From the NCBI GenBank assembly GCA_963800555.1, contig CAWDBH010000008.1:48258-112257 (forward strand): a stretch of 64,000 nt of DNA, written 5' to 3'. The number at the start of each line of letters is the position of its first letter. Within the stretch, counting starts at the first letter, position 1. Of the stretch, positions 57,818-64,000 are shown piece after piece. The DNA is from an uncultured Candidatus Micrarchaeota archaeon. GTDB lineage: Archaea > Micrarchaeota > Micrarchaeia > Anstonellales > Bilamarchaeaceae. The notes under the pieces are model-generated. The model made no database searches. It was not told where the DNA came from and saw only the letters and a program-made list of their open reading frames with translations. The translations under genes were made by a program, and so were the position numbers.

Positions 57818-58849
57818 GGCTCTGTAGAAATGCTTAATTGATAAGTATGCCAATGGGTTTCATCGTCGAGGCTTACCAGGGCCTTGACTCCTCCCAGCGG
57901 CGAAATCCATGCAAAAGAGAACGTCAAAGTTAATTAGAGTAGCGGTTAGGGCCCAGCAGGCAGCCAAGTACGTGCTGCCTGAATATGGAAACAAATTCTC
58001 AAGAAAAGACTTCACTCAGCATCAGCTCCTAGCGATAGCTGTCCTGAAACAGAAGACTGACGAGGATTACAGGGATACTGTTGACGGCATTGGCAGCGAC
58101 TTGATGCAAGCGATGGGTCTCACGAAGATACCTCATTTCACTACCCTCCAGAAGTTCATCAAGAGGCTGGACTCACAGGTATTGGATACCCTTATCGCAG
58201 TGGTCGCAATCCTCATCATAGGGGATCAATTGATCAGGGGAGCCGTCGTAGGGATAGACTCTTCAGGATATCCTGCTTCGCATGCCAGCAGCTACTTCGT
58301 GAGGAGGATAAAACGCAAGCCTACGCATAAGACGTTCCTCAAAGGTTCATTCGTTGGGGACCTGACAAATCAGGTCATCGTCTGCTGCAGGCTAAGGAAT
58401 TTCCCGTCTCATGATATCATTGATTTCAGGAGGCTGATGAAACGCGCCCTGATACTCTTGAAGAAGATTTCAGAGGTTCATGCTGACAAGGGGTACGATG
58501 GCAAGGATGAGATCCTTCTCGTGGAGAAGCTTCTGAAGGCCGTGCCGTACATCAAGATCAAGGAAACCGACAGGCACAAATGCAAAAGCCAGATAAGGCG
58601 CAGGGTTTTGAACAACTGGAATCGGCTCACCTTCGCTTTGAGGGGGCGGCAGCGCAACCTCATAGAAACAATCAACTCCGTTGTAAAGAGGGTCTTCGGA
58701 GACGCCCTCTATAGCAAGGGCATCTGGATGCGGCGCAAGGAATTGAAGCTGAAGTACTTTGCCTACAACATTTACCGGTCAGTCCAGCTAGAGGAGATTT
58801 TTTGTTGCCTCGTCTTAAGCTGGACTTAAGAGAGGGTTTCTACAGAGCC
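57818..58849 (+). mobile_element. IS element, copy 2: identical 1032 bp, same terminal inverted repeats, 8-bp target-site duplication ataatggc
   Basis: TSD at 57810-57817 and 58850-58857. Confidence 0.85.
57909..58829 (+). CDS. DDE transposase (IS4/IS5 superfamily), identical to copy 1
   Basis: Protein identical to the 47898..48818 product. Confidence 0.8.
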   Translation: MQKRTSKLIRVAVRAQQAAKYVLPEYGNKFSRKDFTQHQLLAIAVLKQKTDEDYRDTVDGIGSDLMQAMGLTKIPHFTTLQKFIKRLDSQVLDTLIAVVAILIIGDQLIRGAVVGIDSSGYPASHASSYFVRRIKRKPTHKTFLKGSFVGDLTNQVIVCCRLRNFPSHDIIDFRRLMKRALILLKKISEVHADKGYDGKDEILLVEKLLKAVPYIKIKETDRHKCKSQIRRRVLNNWNRLTFALRGRQRNLIETINSVVKRVFGDALYSKGIWMRRKELKLKYFAYNIYRSVQLEEIFCCLVLSWT

Positions 58850-60442
58850 ATAATGGCTGGAAATAGCCTTATCGGTACTGACGTGATTCCAGAAATGGCG
58901 CGGGCAGATTTCTATACCTATTATCATCCTACCCGATTTGAACAAATTATTCAGGTATATCCTGACTTGAAAATCGAAACAGACGCACTTATTGGCAAGT
59001 CTACTCAATTCAATATGACCTTTAATGACCTCTTCTTACTTAGGAATAAATTAATCACCAAATACCGCAGCGAGACTCATCCTATATATGCCACAAGATT
59101 AAGAGATATTATCGAGCAAATCTCCGAAAAATTCCGTTTTGAACTCTCAAGGGTATATTTCCATAATGCTCTGAGAATAGAAAAAACTGAAGATTTAAAT
59201 TCAGCAATAATCAAGTTTAAACCCTTCAACTGGATTATGGAATTCTCAGATGTTTTCGAAAAAGGCGGATTTGATGCAGTAATTGGAAATCCCCCGTATG
59301 ATGTTATTTATTCAGGTGAGAATCCTTTAGATGTTAAAACCTTCAAAACGATTTATACAACGGCTGAGTATAATCCGAATTTATTCTGTTTATTCGTAGA
59401 CCGTTCATTATCATTATTAAATCAAAAAGGACTTTTAGGATTTATTATCCCAGATACTATATTAACAAATAAATATTTTGGTAACCTTAGAAGAAAGATT
59501 TTATCAATTTCGAGTATTCTCCAAATTTTAGACTTAAGTAGTGGCGTTTTTCCAGAAGCTATAGTGGATACAATAATTTTTATTCTGAAAAAAGAAGTTA
59601 TACAAGATAATGAAATATTTATAGGTTATAATATAACAAGTAGTGAAGCTATCGCATCAAGAAACTTCAAAAGTAAAAAAATGTTTCAGAAAGAATTTAT
59701 TAATTCCAATAACAACGAGTTTAATATTTATTTTGATAGCGGACTCGAACCTTTAAAAAATCAGATATGGCTGAATTCGGTAAAAATTGAAGAAATTGCA
59801 AATATAAAACGAGGCTTAGTTACCAAAGATAATTCTAAATTTGTGTACACTGACAAAACAGTCGATAAATGCTCTGATAGCTCAAAATTAAAACGTGTTT
59901 TAATTGGTGGAGATGCAAGTCGATACCTATTACATTATAGCGGTAATTATGTTCTTTTTGATGCTTCTGCAAAAGGCGGTGGGTGCTGGGATCGAGAGAT
60001 TTACGAAAATAAGGAAAAGATACTAATCGCATTAATTACAGGAGGAATGAATTATAGAATTAATGCCACTTATGATTCAACCAAATTTTATGCATTACAA
60101 AATTATAACGTGCTTATAGTAACTGATTCTAAATTTTCAACAAAATACGTTTTAGGAATCATAAATTCAAAACTAATATCAAACTATTATGAATTATTTT
60201 TCAATGATAAAAATATAAAAAGAGTGCAACTATTGAGTTTACCCATAAAAGTTGCAACTGACGCAGAGCAACAAAAAATTGCTAATTTAGTCGATAGGCT
60301 CCTTTCGTTAATGTCTGATTGCAATGTAGAAAAGCATAAAACAGAAATTAAAAAAGCGAATGAAGAAATCGATGAGTGTGTTTACAAATTATACGGCATA
60401 ACTGAGACTGAAAGGAAATTAATCGAAAATAATCTGGCGTAG
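58850..60442 (+). pseudogene. second Type IIG restriction-modification enzyme, C-terminal fragment (motif IV GNPPY plus target-recognition domain)
   Basis: ...IMAGNSLIG...FDAVIGNPPYDVIYS...; the track ORF 58802..60442 starts inside the IS. Confidence 0.7.
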
Positions 60443-60768
60443 GGGGGCTTCCAGCGAAGAAGTAAAATGAAAAAGAAGTCATCCCGCTCGGCCGGAAACG
60501 CACTTAAAGTTTAGGCCTTCGGTTCGCTCTTCGAGCGAAAACTTTAATGTGCCTTTCGGCCTCGCTTCTACCATGATTTTGCTTCGCCAGGCTTAGCCTT
60601 ACTCGAATTTTCTTTGTCTTCTCTTAGGTTTTCTTCTTGCCTCATCTTTAGCTCCACCCCTGCTATTTTCTCTCGCTTCAAAACATCCGCCCTTTAGCCA
60701 GGGGGCGCGGGCGTCGTTTTGAAGCTCGCGAGAAAAAACGGGCTTCAAGAAGTCCGGGAAGTGGTAAA

Positions 60769-61242
60769 ATGACGAATGAAAACAGCGGAATTATGGAAGC
60801 CTTTTCCTTCCGAAAAGGCGTTGTGAAGATAAGCGGCAGATGGATCCGCTTCGGTCCGGAGGCCGAGAGCGCCGTAAAGGCCCTGTCGAAGGGCGACTGC
60901 GTGAGCTACGTTGTCGAGAATGGCAATCTCAAACGGATTGAGAAAAGCCAGCAGAAGCCCACCCCCGCAGTGGTTACAGCCCCTGTGAAGGCCCAGACTT
61001 CAGCAAATCCAGGTAATCCGGCCAATCCATCCTTCCAGGACCGGAACAAGAGCATAGAACGCCAGGTGGCCCTGAAGGCGGCGGTGGAGCTCGCAGGGCT
61101 CTACGGCTACAAAAGCACCAAGGAGTGCCTGGACGTGGCGGCCAGCTTCGCGGCTTGGATCGAAGCGGGCAGTTCTGGGGACGTGCAGTTTAACGGTTCC
61201 GCAGCAGCGGGGAGGACGGCGAACCCGTCCCCCTCCAACTGA
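60769..61242 (+). CDS. hypothetical protein (GC-rich)
   Basis: 157-aa ORF. Confidence 0.4.
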   Translation: MTNENSGIMEAFSFRKGVVKISGRWIRFGPEAESAVKALSKGDCVSYVVENGNLKRIEKSQQKPTPAVVTAPVKAQTSANPGNPANPSFQDRNKSIERQVALKAAVELAGLYGYKSTKECLDVAASFAAWIEAGSSGDVQFNGSAAAGRTANPSPSN

Positions 61243-61243
61243 G

Positions 61244-61444
61244 GTGATGACCATGAGCGAACCCAACACTTGGGAGGGCAAATCCGCCATCCTTTTCACC
61301 AAGGAAGACAGCGTAGGCATGCCGGTCCGCATCGTCCGGTTCCTAGGCGTTTTCGTGGAAGTAGAGAACAACCAGGGCAAGGCCCGCCTCTACCCCACGG
61401 ACAATATAGCCTATTTCCAGTTTTTAGGCTCCAAGGGGTGTTGA
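61244..61444 (+). CDS. small hypothetical protein
   Basis: 66-aa ORF tightly following the previous gene. Confidence 0.3.
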   Translation: MMTMSEPNTWEGKSAILFTKEDSVGMPVRIVRFLGVFVEVENNQGKARLYPTDNIAYFQFLGSKGC

Positions 61445-61446
61445 AC

Positions 61447-61818
61447 ATGGCTGAAACTCTCTTCGAAGGTGCTGAGGTCATATCCAGCTACACGACCAAG
61501 GACGCCGTTGAGGACGGCGTTCTGATTGACCTTCACGCCATCGGTAAGATTCCGGTCTATCTGCCGGTTTATAGCGGCATCCGGTACGCCACGGCCGCCC
61601 TTCTTGGCAAGGGGTACATGTCCGGTACGGAGTTCAACCGCCCAAATCTGGCGGATCTCCTTGTCCAGATATCCCTGGGTATTCGGAAGGGCCTGTCCAA
61701 GGGCGAGGACCGGCTTTTCGAGGCCAAAGTCGAGTTTCCGGATGGTCATAAAGAGAAGGTCTGGGCCGTCCTTAATGAGGAAGGGAGCCTGACGATCATG
61801 CTGCCGGAAGACTACTGA
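61447..61818 (+). CDS. hypothetical protein
   Basis: Start moved to MAETLFEG; the upstream part of the track ORF 61270..61818 overlaps the preceding gene and is low-complexity. Confidence 0.4.
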   Translation: MAETLFEGAEVISSYTTKDAVEDGVLIDLHAIGKIPVYLPVYSGIRYATAALLGKGYMSGTEFNRPNLADLLVQISLGIRKGLSKGEDRLFEAKVEFPDGHKEKVWAVLNEEGSLTIMLPEDY

Positions 61819-62246
61819 GGTATTTGAGGCGTTCCGCCCCCTTCGTACATAATGCGTTAAAAACTCTATCAATCCATATTGATATAGAAACGGTTATGCT
61901 CATCTTGGGAGAGTGCCGGAGTAGTCTAACGGGCTGGTTTTGCAAACCAGTGGCTTAGTGCCTTCGTGGGTGCAAATCCCACTTCTTATTGCATTTAGCG
62001 TCAGCCAGCAAGGAAGCGAAGCGATGCCGCGACCAGCGCACCGACCACGCTCACGGTGAGCGCACTGCGACACAATTTCTTTATCCTTAATGCGGGATCG
62101 GATTAGCGGCCGGCCCCGCAGGCGGGGCACGTACGGAAGAGCGCTGCCGGGCGCCCTGGGAAAAGATTGATTCTGAGAGAGCCGAGGATACGATTCCACC
62201 GGGTCATTCACCACTGAGGCTTCCCTCTTAGCTATGTAAGTTCGTA

Positions 62247-62618
62247 TTAGACCGATCCGATTCCAAGGTGTTTGATGATCGCCATCGATTTCTTCTCTCT
62301 CTTATCTTGCCAATTTGCTCCGTGAATCATGAAGATTACACCGCATATGATTGCTATCAAACCAAGAATGTACGGCATCATCGTAGTGGGCATGGCTAGC
62401 GATATCACGATCGCAGTACCCGTCATGTTTCCCCCCATATTCTCTAGCCATCGCCCGCATATCTTCAATGTCTTTTTCGTTACCATCTGTTTCATCTCCG
62501 CTTCTACTAACGCGCCACCGACAATTTCAAGAGTGATCCAGATTTTCGCATCTGACCTGGATATATCCGAAATCGTTCTCAGCGAGACATTCGGTTGGCC
62601 TATCATTCCCTTTCGCAA
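62247..62618 (-). CDS. hypothetical membrane protein
   Basis: 123-aa ORF with a TM segment; the overlapping plus-strand ORF 62329..62631 is equally plausible. Confidence 0.3.
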   Translation of the reverse strand: MRKGMIGQPNVSLRTISDISRSDAKIWITLEIVGGALVEAEMKQMVTKKTLKICGRWLENMGGNMTGTAIVISLAMPTTMMPYILGLIAIICGVIFMIHGANWQDKREKKSMAIIKHLGIGSV

Positions 62619-62728
62619 AGGGAGTATTTAATGATACATGTTTTACTACTACTACTAACAGAGATGCGTGAGTTGCGAGCTGCTAAGTCATAGTGGGCAA
62701 AGAAGCGGAATCCCGCTCCGAGAGATCA

Positions 62729-63832
62729 TCAGCTCAGATCCGTTATCTCCCAGGTCCCTGACGGTATGTGGAGCAGCCGCCTGGCCTTCTGCCCGCCTAT
62801 CGGCCCGAGGAAGTCGTCATAGAGCTGGCGGGCCTGCGGGTTCTCCCCGGCATCCGGATACGCGGCGTCCTTGCCGAGCGAGTAGAGCCCAGCCCTCCTT
62901 TTCTCCACGATTTCCGGGTTTCCAGGTGGCTGGCCCGCCCCCCCGATGCATCCGCCAGGGCAGGTCATGACCTCGATGAAATGGTACTTTTCGAGCAGTG
63001 CCTTGTCCTTCATGACCGGCGCCGCGTTCTGCAGCCCGTAGATCACGAGTATCTTCAGCTCTTCCCCTTCTATCGTGAACTTTATCTCGTGGGTGCTCTG
63101 GAAGCCGCGCAGCTCTTTTATGACCGGATCGGCGAGCGTCTTGCCGTGCAGGTGTGCATGGTACCTCAGCGTGGCTTCGGACACGCCGCCGCTGGCGCCG
63201 AAGATGCGGGCTGCGCCGGAGGATTGCCCCATCAATTTGTCGAAGTCGCTCTCCTCGCAGCTCCTGAGGTCGATCCCCTTGGATTTGAGGAACTGGCCGA
63301 GCTCGTTGGTCGTTATAACGTAATCCACTGCCGCGAGGCCGTCCTCGAGCAGCATCTCCGGGCGCCTGGCCTCCATCTTCTTGACAAGGCACGGCATGGC
63401 CGCCACCGAATATATCCTGCGGGGATCGATGCCCTGCTTCTGGGCGAAATACGATTTGACCAGCGCGCCCATGGTCTCCATCGGGCTTTTCACGGTGGCC
63501 ATGTTCTTCCTGCGCAGGTCCGGGAAATTCCTCTCCAGGTAGAGGACGAAGCCCGGGCAACACGAGTTGAGGAGCGGGAACGGCCCTCCTTTGGCATGAC
63601 GCTGTTCCAGCTCCAGGTTCTCCTCCATGACCACGATATCTGCGCCGAACGTGGTGTCGAACACGTAGTCGAAGCCCAATGCCCGCAGCGCGCCGACCAG
63701 TTTCTTCGTGAGCGGTGTTCCTGGTTCATAACCGAACATCTCGCCTATCCCTACCCGCACGGCAGGGGCCATCTGGACGACCTTGACCATGCCCTTGTCA
63801 GCTAGCGCCTTTTCCAGTCCCGCTATTTCCAT
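62729..63832 (-). CDS. [FeFe]-hydrogenase H-cluster-domain protein (HydA-like, no N-terminal ferredoxin domains)
   Basis: Motifs L1 NSCCPGF, L2 MPCLVKKME (MPCxxKxxE) and L3 EVMTCPGGCIGGAGQP (ExMxCxxGCxxGxGQP). Start at MEIAGL, with a TATA-like tattattatt about 55 nt upstream. Confidence 0.7.
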   Translation of the reverse strand: MEIAGLEKALADKGMVKVVQMAPAVRVGIGEMFGYEPGTPLTKKLVGALRALGFDYVFDTTFGADIVVMEENLELEQRHAKGGPFPLLNSCCPGFVLYLERNFPDLRRKNMATVKSPMETMGALVKSYFAQKQGIDPRRIYSVAAMPCLVKKMEARRPEMLLEDGLAAVDYVITTNELGQFLKSKGIDLRSCEESDFDKLMGQSSGAARIFGASGGVSEATLRYHAHLHGKTLADPVIKELRGFQSTHEIKFTIEGEELKILVIYGLQNAAPVMKDKALLEKYHFIEVMTCPGGCIGGAGQPPGNPEIVEKRRAGLYSLGKDAAYPDAGENPQARQLYDDFLGPIGGQKARRLLHIPSGTWEITDLS

Positions 63833-64000
63833 GATTCCACGTCCTTGTCTTTCTAGTCCTCCCCAAGGAATAATAATACGGATGCAAGCGGCTGGTGGAA
63901 GGCGCACCAGCCCACACGGAACCTAAGTCCCCTCCGCTCGGCCAGGAAATGAGTTAATGCTCAAGCTGCCCTGCGGGCAGTTCGCCCTTTCGGGCGAAAG

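Noticed and set aside
60445-60520. Archaeal replication origin (ORB / mini-ORB) at GGGGGGCTTCCAGCGAAG
   Set aside because: Only a partial resemblance to the TTCCAGTGGAAAC core. No Orc1/Cdc6 gene nearby and no repeated ORB copies.
61819-62246. SRP RNA or RNase P RNA call for the GC-rich spacer
   Set aside because: I could not find the conserved helix-8 GNAR/AGCAG-type motif or the RNase P GGAAAGUCCGG CR-I motif by eye. Kept only as a low-confidence finding.
62329-62631. Plus-strand 100-aa membrane-like ORF
   Set aside because: Mutually exclusive with the minus-strand ORF 62247..62618. The minus strand was chosen only because it is co-oriented with the upstream hydrogenase-like gene; either could be real.

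Overview
This 64-kb window appears archaeal and contains roughly 55 kb of ordinary chromosome plus an AT-rich mobile island. The archaeal call rests on the DNA polymerase D large subunit carrying an intein, archaeal/eukaryal-type GlyRS, Taw1, a cupin-type phosphoglucose isomerase (cPGI), AlaX, a Nop5-like protein, intron-containing tRNAs, and TATA boxes about 25 nt upstream of many start codons. GC is roughly 55-58% in the core and roughly 35-40% in the island (estimated by eye). The ORF track uses GTG/TTG starts translated as M, so several starts were adjusted.

Core region (1 to about 44.2 kb): a beta-CASP MBL ribonuclease and a DUF59 protein; three paralogous putative lipoproteins that share a conserved C-terminal domain and a 292-bp near-identical DNA repeat; rpiA, alaX, polD large subunit (intein ending in Gln, with LAGLIDADG motifs), cysS, a GT2 glycosyltransferase, purN, taw1, two tandem paralogs of unknown family, glyS, an MFS transporter, alaS, a protein with three FHA domains, cPGI, hisG-hisE-hisS followed by a short HisA-like gene, a KaiC-like ATPase with a small partner gene, a Nop5-like protein with an Arg-rich decapeptide-repeat N-terminus, a metallophosphoesterase, a GNAT acetyltransferase and a HEAT-repeat protein. 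Six tRNAs were found: an initiator-type tRNA-Met with an unusual insertion in the D region, tRNA-Ala, an elongator tRNA-Met with an intron carrying box-C-like motifs, tRNA-Lys with an intron, tRNA-Gln and tRNA-Pro.

Island (about 44.3 to 60.5 kb): a tyrosine integrase and an array of iteron-like repeats; two Type IIG restriction-modification fusion genes, each interrupted by an identical 1032-bp IS element (13-bp terminal inverted repeats, 8-bp target duplications); a membrane protein / DUF457 / Hjc-like nuclease trio; a wHTH regulator, a Panacea-domain antitoxin and a MazF toxin; an AlbA_2/HATPase protein; and a 638-aa fusion of a TcmP-like domain to a radical-SAM-like domain with a Cx3Cx3C motif. 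The last two are the strongest candidates for an undescribed defence module.

Right flank (60.5 to 64 kb): structured, GC-rich intergenic DNA, three small hypothetical genes, and a standalone [FeFe]-hydrogenase H-cluster-domain gene. No rRNA genes or CRISPR arrays were seen.
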